Below, in pieces: positions 1-11,600 of a stretch of DNA of 64,000 bases. The position numbers and the translations under genes are program-made. The number at the start of each line of letters is the position of its first letter. Within the stretch, counting starts at the first letter, position 1. The notes under the pieces were generated by a model. The model searched no databases and was not told where the DNA came from. It was given only the letters and a program-made list of their open reading frames with translations. The stretch comes from Dicyema japonicum. Its lineage: Eukaryota > Animalia > Dicyemida. The stretch is from NCBI GenBank assembly GCA_011109175.1, contig RDEW01000023.1, positions 345,225-409,224 on the forward strand. Direction: 5' to 3'.

Positions 1-199
1 AACATTTCCATAATCCTCGTTAAAAACTTTCTGAATTTTATTAACTCTTCAGGGAGGTATCGCAGAAAACAGATATCTCTCAACTTCGAGGTATTTTGTT
101 CTGAGTGTAGAATCAGACTGATTTTCTAAGAGTTTAATCTGCAAGTTTTCATCCTAAAGTTTCATTTTTTTCTTAGCTGAAGATGCTATTATAAATGGA

Positions 200-1466
200 G
201 TCAGTTTGCGCAATGCTTTATAAAGACTATCAATATAATAACTGGCACGATTCCACAAGATACAATTTATTATTGTGTTAAAATTTGTTAAAATTATCGC
301 CATAATCATTGTCTGTCAATTTGATGCCATTGTCAGAAATCCACTGCTTTTCTCTGGTGGTCTCATTTTCAAAACAAGTGGAATTTTATTGCACGTGTTC
401 GCTGTGGAAGAAGATGAACAGAAGAGGATATTTATTGAAAATGTTCACCTCAAAAATGGACATCCTGGTCGTGATAGACTTCTTTCTCTTCTAAAGAATC
501 TAGTCTAGTGGATTTTGCAGAGATAAAGTTATGGTTGTTCTCAGGTCTTGTTCACAATGTCTGGCTTATGAACACTCGACCAACTATAACACCTATCAGA
601 GCACATACAGTGAGAGAAAGGTATTAGTTAACTATTCTAATTTCAGGTATATTTTTGATTTAGTTGATATACGACACTTCAAATTTCAATGAAAATTTTT
701 ACTGGCTTTTGGTTGGGTTGGATTTCTTTTCCAAATTTTGCTGGACAAAACCTCTAAAGAGTAAATCGGCTACGGAGGTGCCAAGTGAAATAAAGAGCAT
801 ATTTTTAATGTTTGGAAAACCTACCATTTTGCACACGGACAATGGCAAGGAATTTGTAAATGAAAAAATGTTCGAGTTATGCTCAACAAATGGTATAAAA
901 CACGTCACGATACGTCCTAGGTGTCCTTGGGTGCAGGGACAAGTCGAGCGTCTGAATCAGACATTGAAAGTTATGATTTCTTCAATCTGCTTTTCAAAGA
1001 ATTTGAATTTCAAATGGATAGACATAATTGAAGAAATTACAGCATTCAACAACTTTGCACGCTCCTTTTAAATTGATGTTCGGAGCTTCTGCCAATGAAA
1101 CCATAAATAATCATTATTCAGAAGAGGAAATGAATGAAATATTCAAACAAATTGATTCATGGAATGAAGAAACACAAACTGAAGCAACTTAATATCTTGC
1201 ATGGTTTTGGTCATCAAGTGAAACTTCGAGAACAAAAGCAATTTTAAATTCAAACAATCCTGAAAGAAAAATGTTAACAAAAAGAATGTGGAAGAATGAT
1301 ATTTATATTTTAACATCGGTGATCGAGTTGTTAGAAGGGTCTATCTTGATAATAATAAAAAAACACGAAAAAGTGGCTTAAACGAACACATTGATACATT
1401 CATATATCATGTTAAAGGAGTATCTGCCACAGGATTGATTGATCTAGAAGGAGAAGATGGTGTGTG
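200..1466 (+). mobile_element. Decayed Ginger/GIN-type (Gypsy-like integrase) DNA transposon ORF, interrupted at ~1467 by a LINE
   Basis: H2C2 remnant (VHLKNGHPGRDR...CSQC) then rve core 664-1071 (LVGLDFFSKF, ILHTDNGKEF, QGQVERLNQTLK); stops and frameshifts; no RT seen. Confidence 0.75.
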
Positions 1467-1467
1467 A

Positions 1468-4400
1468 TTAAATTAAATTATTAACCCCGGCTTCGCCAGC
1501 AAGTGGGAAGCCGGCGACCATCAGAGAGCGTGCAGTCCGGACAGGACGCTCCCAGAGATCCTCGACTTTTGCATCCGGTGGTCCAGGGCAGGGAAAAAGG
1601 TCCCGAACTACTCTGCCAGCCAGGAAAGGGTGGTGTCCACATCGTAGGCGAGCCAGTCCGATTCTGATCTTCCTCGGGAGCGATTGTTCCGTTGGACTGA
1701 TATCAGGGGGGAAGCGCTCCAAGACTTTGTTATATTGAAGTGTCCTAATGGCCCGTGTCGAGATGAAATCATGGATTCGGCGGGTCCAAGTTGAGTCTTC
1801 TTGAGGGGGGGTGATCTTCGACAAGGCTCTTTGTAGGTCAAAGAGGGTCCTGCGTATGTATCTGCGGTTATTGTTACTTAGCAGAGCGTGAACTGGGTGA
1901 TTCGGGTCGAACGACTGCCGTAGGAATTGTAAATTACGCATTTCCAGGTGGTCATAGAGCGGGAGGATTTTCGACTCCCAATGTAAATGGTCGGTGGGGG
2001 TTGACTTTAAGCAGCCAGTTATTATTCTCAGCGCCGAGTTTTGCACTTTCTGCAGTTCTTGAGAAAGGGACAAGGAGATTGAGGGGGCCCAACTTGGTGA
2101 GGCGTAGTTGAGTGTAGTCCTGATGAACTGTTTGTAGAGAAGAGTTAAGTTTTCTTTTTGCTGACCGTTTGAGTGGCCAGCTACTGCCCGTAATATGTTA
2201 AGTTTCCGCTTGGCTTTTGTCATTACTTCCTCCACTTGTCTGTTGAAACAGAGTGAAGGATCGAAGACAACTCCAAGGATCTTCGGGTATTTATTTAAGG
2301 GGAGTGGTTCGTCCCCCGACGAGAGTGTGGGGTTTAGGTTGAATTGTCTTCGATCGGTTGTGAACAGGGTAGCTGATGACTTCGAGGTGGAAGCACTCAT
2401 CCAGTTTAAGTTCATCCAGTCGGATAGCAAGTTCAGGTGGTACTGCACTTTTTCGGTGGCCAGTCGAACATCGCCACTCCTGGATGCGATTACTAGATCA
2501 TCGGCATATGTCAATAGTAACGTATTTTGGGTTGTTGGGATATCTTTGACGTAAAGGTTGAAAAGTGAGGGTGAAAGGACTGATCCCTGGGGAACACCGT
2601 TTGGTAGGAGTCGATATCTTGATAGATTTGAATATAGACACGTATGGCCCAGTCTTCCCGAGAGGAAATTTGTGAGCCATGACTTCCATACAGAGGGAAT
2701 ATTTGTAGAATAGATCTTGTTGCAGAGGACCACACGGGAGATTCTGTCGAAAGCTTTAGTTAGGTCAATAGAGGCCAAGACAGTTCGTTCCGGGGGTTTG
2801 CAGTTGTTGAAACCGTTGGAGATGTATTGGGTTAGTGTCAGTAAGTGCGTGGTGGTCGAGTGTAAAGGACGGAAACCATGTTGTGAGTCGGAGAGGTCGA
2901 GGTAGGGAGTGATTTCGTTAAGAATGATCCTTTCGAGGATTTTTGAGACAACAGATGTTAAGGAAATTGGCCTGAACGAAGAGGGCAAGGAGGAGGCTTT
3001 GTTGTTCTTGAGTATTGGGATAATGTTCGACTTCTTCCATAACATCGGGATGAAACACCTGTTGATGGAGAATTCGTAGATATCTTTAAGTGCCAAGAGC
3101 CCGTTTGGACCGAGGTGCTTTAGGTGGAATATGCTGATCCGATCGGGTCCCGTGGCTGGTGAGTTTCTTGAGTTTGTAATGAGGTTTTGAACATGACTTA
3201 CTGATACTTCGAATCGTGCCTTTGTTACCCTTGGGGGTTTAGTAATATGAGGTCGATTTTCTTTATTCATTGGAATATGACTCATTTTGCAATAGTGAGT
3301 CATCAAGTCATTTGCCTGGCAGTGGAAATCTTTCGTTTGGTTGTCCTTTCCAAGTCTACCTCCATGGGTTGTGCTCGATTCGGTTTGATTTGATTGTATT
3401 TCTCTGATAAATCTCCAGAAACTTTGGGGTTTTGATTTTGGATTCAATCGAGAGACGAAAGTGGACCACTTCTCCTTTTTGAGCTCCGTAATGAGGTGGG
3501 TTATCTTCTTGTTTAGGGAAGAAATTTCATCTTGGAGTTGCTGGTTGGTTGTTCGGGAACGTTTTAGGCGTCTTCTCTCACAGATGAGATCCAATATTTC
3601 TTTGTTGAAAAATAGTTTGTAATCATGGATGAATCCTTTAGGGACGTGCTTTCTATCCGCCGAAAGGATGGCTGAGTTGAAATGTGCAATGGCTTTGTCT
3701 GGAGAGGTAAAATTATTCACAGAGAAGTTTTCCAGCGACGTTTCGACGTCAACCGTGAAGTCGATCCATCTCGCCCTTTTGTAGTTCACATAGGTTCGCC
3801 TCGACATAGTTCGTCCGAAATGCAAGAAGATGTCGATCAGAATAGGGTTATGATCTGAGGGTAAGTCATATCTGACATCCCAGTAGATCGATTTTGCAAG
3901 GGGAGCTGAGCATATGGAGAGGTCAGGAGACGTGTTAGGATCCCCAGGGCGTGTTCCACATCTCGTGTGTTGGCGGGGGTTATTTAATATCACTAGGTGT
4001 TCCAGTTCAGAGATCACTTGTTTCCCTCTGTGGTCCGAATTCTGGTTTCGGAACCATAGTGGATCTTTAGCGTTTAGATCGCCGCAAATAACTATGTTTT
4101 CGTATAGTTGAAGGAATTCTAGGTTTGGTCGGTAACTCTTCTGGCAGCAAGACGAAGGGGGAATGTAGATATTCAGAATTGTGTAAGGAGTTGACATAAT
4201 ATTGATGGTGATGGATAGCAATTCCATATGTTTATCAGAAGCCGCTGTCAATGTGTGGTCAGTGGTATCCGTGAATGGGATGGAGTTGTGAATGAGGGTG
4301 ACCAGGCCACCACCGTGAGATCCATTTGATCGCTCAGAACGGAGCAAAGAGTAGTTTTTGAATTTTGGTGTTTGGGAGAAGGCAGACAAACGTGACTCCT

Positions 4401-4704
4401 GTAGAAGGGCAATGTCAATACGGTGTTTAACCAAGTACTCAGCCAATTCGGTATGTTTCGAGGTGATTCCATTGATGTTAAGTTGTAAGATTCTGATGGG
4501 TCTATTCTGCGGCCCTGGGTTTAGTTCAATGTCACCGGATGTCAGGAGGGATTCTTGGGAGCGAAAGCTTCGTGCCCGCTCAATGGTCGCCATCGAGATC
4601 TCCTTGAAGAGAGACGATAGGGAAATGGTGTGGTTCTTTTTCATGTGTGCTGTGTAGGGCACAGGCACAACCAAATGACACCTCTTGGTAAACCACAACG
4701 TCAT
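1468..4704 (-). CDS. APE endonuclease-reverse transcriptase polyprotein with N-terminal 2A-like peptide
   Basis: 1078-aa open frame: LLTSGDIELNPGP; QLNING, LLQES, ICGDLNAK, SPDLS, SDH (APE); QHGFR, DLTKAFD, GVPQGSVLSP, YADD, ILGV (RT); C-terminal LARLRCGH. Confidence 0.93.
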   Translation of the reverse strand: MTLWFTKRCHLVVPVPYTAHMKKNHTISLSSLFKEISMATIERARSFRSQESLLTSGDIELNPGPQNRPIRILQLNINGITSKHTELAEYLVKHRIDIALLQESRLSAFSQTPKFKNYSLLRSERSNGSHGGGLVTLIHNSIPFTDTTDHTLTAASDKHMELLSITINIMSTPYTILNIYIPPSSCCQKSYRPNLEFLQLYENIVICGDLNAKDPLWFRNQNSDHRGKQVISELEHLVILNNPRQHTRCGTRPGDPNTSPDLSICSAPLAKSIYWDVRYDLPSDHNPILIDIFLHFGRTMSRRTYVNYKRARWIDFTVDVETSLENFSVNNFTSPDKAIAHFNSAILSADRKHVPKGFIHDYKLFFNKEILDLICERRRLKRSRTTNQQLQDEISSLNKKITHLITELKKEKWSTFVSRLNPKSKPQSFWRFIREIQSNQTESSTTHGGRLGKDNQTKDFHCQANDLMTHYCKMSHIPMNKENRPHITKPPRVTKARFEVSVSHVQNLITNSRNSPATGPDRISIFHLKHLGPNGLLALKDIYEFSINRCFIPMLWKKSNIIPILKNNKASSLPSSFRPISLTSVVSKILERIILNEITPYLDLSDSQHGFRPLHSTTTHLLTLTQYISNGFNNCKPPERTVLASIDLTKAFDRISRVVLCNKIYSTNIPSVWKSWLTNFLSGRLGHTCLYSNLSRYRLLPNGVPQGSVLSPSLFNLYVKDIPTTQNTLLLTYADDLVIASRSGDVRLATEKVQYHLNLLSDWMNLNWMSASTSKSSATLFTTDRRQFNLNPTLSSGDEPLPLNKYPKILGVVFDPSLCFNRQVEEVMTKAKRKLNILRAVAGHSNGQQKENLTLLYKQFIRTTLNYASPSWAPSISLSLSQELQKVQNSALRIITGCLKSTPTDHLHWESKILPLYDHLEMRNLQFLRQSFDPNHPVHALLSNNNRRYIRRTLFDLQRALSKITPPQEDSTWTRRIHDFISTRAIRTLQYNKVLERFPPDISPTEQSLPRKIRIGLARLRCGHHPFLAGRVVRDLFPCPGPPDAKVEDLWERPVRTARSLMVAGFPLAGEAGVNNLI

Positions 4705-4706
4705 TT
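4629..4706 (-). ncRNA. 5' pseudoknot with HDV-like helix order (putative ribozyme or leader element)
   Basis: P1 AAATGAC/GTCATTT; P2 TGTGGTTT/GAACCACA; P3 ACC/GGT; P4 TGTGC/GCACA; J4/2 CATGAAAAA. Confidence 0.6.
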
Positions 4707-4924
4707 TTCAAAAAAATTTCAATTAATGATTAAAGAAAATAGCAGAGACTTAGCAAAGCTAGAATAATTTTACAATATAAATTTCTTAATTTTTTTTAAT
4801 AAAAACAGTTATTATTATTTTGGTCATTTATAATATCACGTTAAGATCATTTATAATATCATTAGAGTTATGAGTTCTTAAGATTTCAGCTTTGCATTAG
4901 AGTTAGGAAAACTTAAGGATATAT

Positions 4925-5243
4925 TTATTCATTTATTAACCCCGGATACACCGAGAAAGAAGCTAAAGTAACCAACTAATTAAGTGTATCCAGTTTCCAC
5001 TTCTACAGAAACAGAGTCCATCCGGAATCAGCATAAAGGGTAAAACGTCCATTACATGCAGTTGTGAAAACCCCTCCAGTGGAGTGGGGAAAAGCAAATG
5101 ATCCTTTTTCATGCCGGCCTGGCACTGGGCGTCACCTAGACAGGTGGATCACATGACGCCACTCTATTAGGGAGAGAGAGGAGGAAGAGACAAGCAAGCA
5201 GAAAAATTAAACCAATTAACCACGCAGCACCACATGTCGCCAT
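4925..5243 (-). mobile_element. Short non-autonomous Vingi-dependent retroposon (SINE-like, ~320 bp), copy 1
   Basis: Homologous to 40779-41094; 8-bp TSD GGATATAT at 4917-4924 and 5244-5251; ends CCGGGGTTAATAAAT like the LINE 3' end. Confidence 0.85.
5099..5160 (-). ncRNA. HDV-like pseudoknot inside SINE copy 1
   Basis: P1 GGCGTC/GACGCC; P2 TGATCC/GGATCA; P3 ACC/GGT; possible P1.1 TG/CA; P4 GTGCC/GGCAT; J4/2 GAAAAA. Confidence 0.65.
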
Positions 5244-5819
5244 GGATATATATTAGAGTTATACAACGAACAGAACGTAAGAAAACTAACAATTTGACGA
5301 GACACAGCTGAAACACACAATTCGAATTGAAGTAGCAAAAATCACCAATGTAACTAAGAGAAAAAGTATCCATTAATTCAGGGGTATCGAACTCATTTCC
5401 CTTTGAGGGTCGCATTGACAAGCTGATAGTCGGCTCGATATACTGGTTGTATAGATGCTCCAATGCCGAGTTGTAAGATCTTCTGTAATGCCCAAGGAAG
5501 ACATTCACGAAGTTTTTTTGAGAAGAATATAGCATGTTATTTGATGCGTCCCGAAAATCATCAGGAAAAATCATTTAGTAACGTTTTTCTGTTTAGTAGA
5601 AATTTTAATTCAATGAAATTTATATCATCAATAATTAAAATGTGATGTAATTTTTGGGGTCCAAACGAAGTAGAGACATGTGGTGTCTTATAAAATGACC
5701 CTACACGATGAATACAAACCCACTTAATTAGTTTTGGTTCAGGTTTTGGTTTCTTTACAGTAATTAGTTTTGGGGTTTGTTAGAAAATAAAATTTGTCTT
5801 GTCTTGTCATGGGTCGATT

Positions 5820-6930
5820 TTCACGAGAAGACCTCGTGGTGCCACTGGTGCTACAAGACGATGGAATATATTACGAGGTTGAGAAACATACTGCAGGCCT
5901 AATGGAGATATGTTGGAAGATGCCTTGTTTGTTCTGATTCACATACAAGATCGCAGTGTCTGGTTACGAAGAATAATAAGTCGTTTGAATTGTGGTTCAT
6001 CCAGTCACTTAGCCAATTATGGAAGATGCCCCAAGGCTGTTAAAGCTAACATAGCGAAGAAAAACAAAATTGACCAAAAAAGGAAAGAATCGAATGGAAA
6101 ATTATCTCTAAAACGAGAAAATGCCCATAATGGAGAAAGTGAAGTTTCCAAAATTGGAACGAATAGGAAATTAAAACTGGCTGGAATAGGACATATAATA
6201 AGAAACCTTCTAAAAAAGAAAGAGTAGAAGCTTCAACACAGAGAAGAGAGTGGCGGCGCTCTTAAGAAGAGAGGGCAGCCACCGAAAAAACCAGAAGTAG
6301 TCAGGATAACCCTGATTTATGCCCGTTCTCTTCGCAAACGGGCCTCAGTGCTGGTTGCTATAGCCAGCACGATCCAGATGGAAGTTCTAATTATAAACAA
6401 AACTAAATTGAAGAAAAGACCATTTAAAATTGATGGATACGACTCATTAGATATTTTTTTTGTAAGACTGGTTCTTGTGCTGGAACAGGAACTTCAATTT
6501 ACAACAAAACTTCTTTAAATACAAGACTACCAACGATCAATGAAGAAAATCTGGGATGGATAACTATCGGAGGAATTTATTCTAAAAAACTAAGAGAGTA
6601 TCCATGGATTGTTGACAAATTTATGGAAAACAATGAATATCCAATCCTTGTTGTGGACATGAACGCTAAACATACTGACTATGGTTGTGTAGCAACCAAT
6701 CAAGATGGAAAATGCCTTGTAAAATGGATGAAGTCTGGAGAGTTAAAGATTTTAACTTCAGTCGAAATTGTGCAATTAAACTCGCACATGGATTGGATTT
6801 AGCCTGAAATTGATGACGAATACGAAAGAAAATCGAGAAGAATCGGTGATTTATTACATTGCTTGTGGAAACTCGCATTGTAATTGGGGCTTTTTTACGG
6901 AGAAAAGACATACGGTGTCTCATGAGAGTG
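5820..6930 (+). pseudogene. Degenerate two-ORF LINE fragment (ORF1 zinc knuckle + APE start)
   Basis: RLNCGSSSHLANYGRCP knuckle followed by a TLIYARSLRK...IINKTKL APE-like stretch; related to 52438-52830. Confidence 0.5.
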
Positions 6931-7391
6931 CCCCGATATAGACGACCCCAAATCTTGGCTTTCCTCTTTAGTTAATGACTCTTACCTTGTTTAGTTAGTT
7001 GGGGTTTTGCGAATAAATTATGTTATCTGTTATCGGGCCGATTTTCATTTTGTTTGATTGGCTTTTTAAATCGGTAAATTTAATATCGATATTTAACGGC
7101 TCGTATTCAACCGTGTCTCATTCTGAACCGGTCACAATAAATGAAACAAAAAACACGAAATATGCCGTTATGGAATTTATGTCAACTTTTCTTCTTCAAT
7201 AAATCGATCTAAGATTCATTTGAAAATCAAGATAGTTCTAATTAACTAACAAGACTTACCAATCGTTTATTTATCAAGTTGAAAGGAAATATACAGTAAC
7301 TAAACTATCTGTCTTATTTTCCATGCTCACTAATCTTAGGGAAACAAAGACTTTCACCAATAATAAAAATCATTTCTAATGATTTCGATGA

Positions 7392-7581
7392 AGATAACAA
7401 ACATACCTGCACAGTAAAAAGTAATGTCGACAACTTTTTTGAAGATGTAGGATTATGATATTCGTTTTTTAGTAACCACGGATATTAGATAACAAACATA
7501 CCTGCACAGTAAAAAGTAATGTCGACAACTTTTTTGAAGATGTAGGATTATGATATTCGTTTTTTAGTAACCACGGATATT
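7392..7581. repeat. Perfect tandem duplication, 2 x 95 bp
   Basis: AGATAACAAACATACCTGCACAG...CCACGGATATT occurs at 7392-7486 and 7487-7581. Confidence 0.9.
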
Positions 7582-7639
7582 ATTATTTTAATTAATAGCA
7601 ATATTTATTAATATTAATACCAATGTCCGTGGAACTAAA

Positions 7640-10060
7640 AAAGTTAAATAATTTGAGATTCCACTTTTGCCACGCATCTCTGGATACGCGCTGTTAATCG
7701 TTTCCATCCTCCCCTGTTTCTCACATCCTCCCTCAGATCATCCAGATCCTCTCCTGTTTTCAGTGTTATTCATATGGAAGTGAGTTCTTTGTCGACCTCG
7801 ATACGTTGTTTTGTTTAATACAGAAAAGTATGATTCCATGGCCATTTCCGAACCTCTTAGGATATGTCCAAAGAGCTGCTATTTCGCGAAGTAACTTTAT
7901 TCCCAATCTGTGTTGTTCGAGTAATTCTATAAAGCTCGTCGTTGGTCATCTGTTTTGGCCAGTAGATTCCCAGGAGAAGTCGTAGTTGTTTAGTGTGGAA
8001 AGAGTTGAGTATTTCCAGTTCTTTGGCCCCAGTTCTCCGCGTTATAAAGTAGAATTGGTTCGATAAAGGAGTTGTACAACCGAATTCGATGGCGAGTAGC
8101 TATGTACTTTGGCCGCATCCAGATCGCCCACAATTTTTTGAGAGAAGCAACCGCCAGAACTTTCCTGTGAATTACGTCCTCCGAGTCCCCGAGGAGAGAT
8201 CCAACTTTCTTGCATGTTCTCCACTTTTCCCCGTTTCTCGTCGTGCAACTGAATATGCCTGTTCTTTCCGTTTTCTCTGGGTTTACTACCAGGGACCAGT
8301 CCTCCAAGCCTTGAGGGATCACTTTTAGTATAGTTTCCAGCGTATCCCCATCCCGGCAGACGAAATCAATATCGTCGGCGTAGATTACTTTTATCACGTT
8401 ACTGAAACAATTCTTTTCCTGGGGTAATCTTAGAGCTGCCTTTAGGTATATAATGAATAGGACCGAAAAGAACGAGTCTCCCTGTGGTGCGCCGGTGTCG
8501 GTTTTAAATCTTATTAAGTTGTAATTTTTCAAGCGCACTGATAGTTGAAGAGTAAAGATCTGATCATACTTGATGCATCCTCGTCTAGAATACTCTCCAG
8601 TACGTGCATTAGCTTTTTTCGATTGATAATGCCGAAAGCACGGGATAAGTCAATTCCAAGGATTGAGATTTCTTCTTTGTGTTTCTGGCACATTGCACAC
8701 ATCCACCAGTGGCTCCATACAACGTCTGCCGTCGACCTTCCAGGTCTGAATCCACTTTGACTTGGGTTCAAGAACTCATTTTACAGGGCCTGAAATACGA
8801 TCCAGTACAAAAAGGAAGAGTATATTCCTTGTCGTATTCATTTGTGTAATCGGGCGTAGATTGTTTAGATTTTTTTTCTCCTCTCCAGGTTTCTGAATTG
8901 GGATCAAGGTGCCATTCCCCGCATCAAATGGACTGTGATATTTGAACGTCCTGTTCAGGACTGTGCAGATTAACTCAGCCACCCTGTCTGGCGCGTATTT
9001 CAATAATTCTGCATTAACGTTGTCCGGTCCAGGGGCTCTGCCATTCTTGAGCTTACCCAAGGCTGAAACGACTTCGTAATGCGTGATGCTTTTATTCAAG
9101 TCTCTGGGAATTCCTTCGAACGGTTCCAAGTGTTCATTGAGATTTAGTCGTTTTTTTAGATAGCGGCAATTTTGTTTGCTTATTTCTGGCCGTTGATTAT
9201 TACTTTTCCTGTATCATCAAGAACTGTGATTCTTTCCGGTCTGGTATTGCGGGATAATTGTTTAACCGCAGCAAACATTCTTGCACCATGTTTTTACCGT
9301 TCGGCGTTTTTTGCCAAGTTATCCAGTGTATGTCGGGCTAATTCCCTCACTCTTCTCGTTATTTTGTATTTGATTCTGTTGCGTTCTCTTTTAAGAGAGT
9401 CAGTTTGGATTGTCGAGTTTGACACTCAATAAAGAGTCGGAGTTTCCTTTGGTCTTTTGCAGTTCTATTTCTTTATCAAAAGTTCCCTCGAACCACCTTG
9501 GGTGATTTCCCAATACCATCCCAGCAGCCTGCCTGACTCTGATAGAAATATTTTTCCATAGCAGCCCGAGTGACATATTCGTGTTGACATTTTCCAACAG
9601 TTTCGATATTTTCTCGGCGTACTTTTTACGGGTATTGTTAGAAGAACATAGAGCCTCCATGGCCAAGGTCCTGCTCCGAGTTCGACCTTCCAGTGCTCCA
9701 GAGATTCCAAAGCATCGCATTAGAATGATACGTAACACTAGTAGTCTATGATCACTCGGGATCATCATGCCACCGTACGTACGGGAGTCCGTGAGTTGTG
9801 TTTGCCAGCATAGTATGTGGTCTATTTGGTTAAATATATGGACTCGATTTCCACAAGAGTCTCTCCTCTGTCCTGTCCACGTCATAATATGTCGGAACGT
9901 CGTGTTACAAAGGAATACTCCAAATGACTCTCAGAAATGTATAAGGGCCTTCCCAGACAGATTTTTGATCCCTCGAGCGTGGCTGCTTAGGAAATTTGAT
10001 TAGTCCCGGTTTTTCCCCACTTTTGAATTCCAGTCTCCCGCTATAAAGAGCATGTAGGAT
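7640..10060 (-). mobile_element. Decayed RTE-clade LINE
   Basis: Fragments: NQIDHIL/SDHRLL (APE), APGPD, QSGFRPGRST, DLSRAF, GAPQGD, YADD, LYNAENW; frameshifted. Confidence 0.85.
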
Positions 10061-10311
10061 ATGAGGAGTAAGCCGATGATAAGAACGAGTAAAAATCAAA
10101 AAAAACAATCAAAAAAACATAATCGACGTTGCGAAGCCTCTCACGATCACAACAGAGATCAACTGGAGAAGCCACCGAGTCTCACCTACGTCGTGGCTTT
10201 TTACTATAGCTTCTTATGAAACGAAGTGATTTCCCGCTTACATTTAATTAATAAATTAAATTAATTTACATTTAATTAATAAAATAATAAATTTAAAACG
10301 CGCACTTTTTC

Positions 10312-11153
10312 ATGTTTTCTAAATCACGTAGGTTTTCACAAACTAAAGGTATTAGATAAAGTAACTAAGACTAAGATGAGAATCCCCCAGTTGGATACTA
10401 CAATCCTATATACCCCACAGACATATCAGTAGGAAAAACCCCAATTGACATGAATAAGACTTCCAAAGTACTCTAATTTAATAAATCAACAGAAGAGTCT
10501 ATCAATTTCTAAACAAACAAAATTGGCTTATTTAAAGTCTCTTAAAGGAGACAAAACTCGGCTAATTTGTGAAATATTACAGTCTGAAAATTTTATAAAA
10601 AATTTTATAAAGAAAATAAATGGTAATTTTTATTTAAAGTTACATCATTAATTTCATCACTAATTACTTTTACTTCATTTTTAGACTTTGAAGAAACCTG
10701 TGACAAAAAATTATCGGTTTTAAGTATAAAAATCAGCAAAATGGAGACTGCCCTAATTCTTATAGTCAGCACATGCTTTATTTTAGAAAAAGTTAAAGGA
10801 TGTACGTACAGAGAGGATGAGGAGATTTTATGATGATTTGGAGGCGCTAAATGATAATGAGAAGACCAATATTGTCAAGGTTTTTTTATTTTTAGGCTGA
10901 ATTTGACGGTTTAAAGGAGAATGTAGAAACTCTAAGGAAACAGCTAAATGATAATCTGGGAAGTCTCTGTGCTGCCAAAACCTCGGCAAATCGTATGTAT
11001 GTTAAGATGGTTGAGGAAAACATTGAGATAAAGGAGGTCAGGTGTGGTGTTATTTAGACTTTGTTTCAGTTGAATATTAAGTCTCTGATTATGAAAAGGG
11101 AGAATATGGGACTTATGAAACAGTATAATGAATTGAATAGAAGATTAAAATGA
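10312..11153 (+). CDS. Spliced ~220-aa coiled-coil protein with HMMR/RHAMM-like N-terminus
   Basis: GT-AG introns 10349-10375, 10468-10492, 10623-10684, 10765-10786, 10874-10895, 11037-11057 give one open frame MFSKSRRFSQTKDENPPVGYYNP...QYNELNRRLK*; N-terminus resembles HMMR (KRF..PxPGxYxP); family call tentative. Confidence 0.65.
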
Positions 11154-11329
11154 TTTTATTTGCTATTTAGTTGTTTACGTTTTGTCATTTTTATAATTAG
11201 ATTTTATTAGTTCTGTTTTTCTCTCTGGATGTCCTGTTGACTAAGATATTCGCCAACAGTCTGATATAAAAACTGTGTCGAATTACACATTATCCTTTAT
11301 CGCCGTGGTAAGAGTTACAATTATGTGAT

Positions 11330-11600
11330 TAGAAATGGTTTATAGTCAACATGGGGAACTATTTTGTTCAAATTGTTTGATTGTAATCAACTGTAATAAA
11401 AAAATTGCAGACATTTTAAAACCACGAAGCATTTAAAAGGAAACAATATTTTATATTTTTTTATTTTTAGATGGCATGGGCTTCATCAAAGATGTGTAGA
11501 CATTCTTGTAAGATACTTTCGGTGATTGTATAGGTATTTCCGCAAGAAAACATTCTCTAGTTCAGAGGTTTTCAGAAAATAATTTTCTCGGCTCACTAAT
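11330..11600 (+). mobile_element. hAT/CGGBP1-like transposase zinc-finger remnant
   Basis: GELFCSNCLIVINC...HFKTTKH, similar to the remnant at 41100-41290. Confidence 0.4.

Larger units (their letters stand above)
1468..4707 (-). mobile_element. Full-length Ingi/Vingi-like non-LTR retrotransposon
   Basis: Single ORF, 5' structured leader, 2A-like peptide, APE + RT, no RNase H, 3' hairpin followed by GGGGTTAATAATTTAATTTAA; ~3.2 kb. Confidence 0.85.

Noticed and set aside
2195-4657. Antisense and overlapping short ORFs on LINEs (here and throughout the window)
   Set aside because: Shadow ORFs expected opposite GC-richer coding sequence; no motifs
1460-4735. TSD for the intact LINE (TGATTAAA)
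   Set aside because: The second occurrence is ~20 bp from the inferred 5' end in AT-rich sequence and is likely chance
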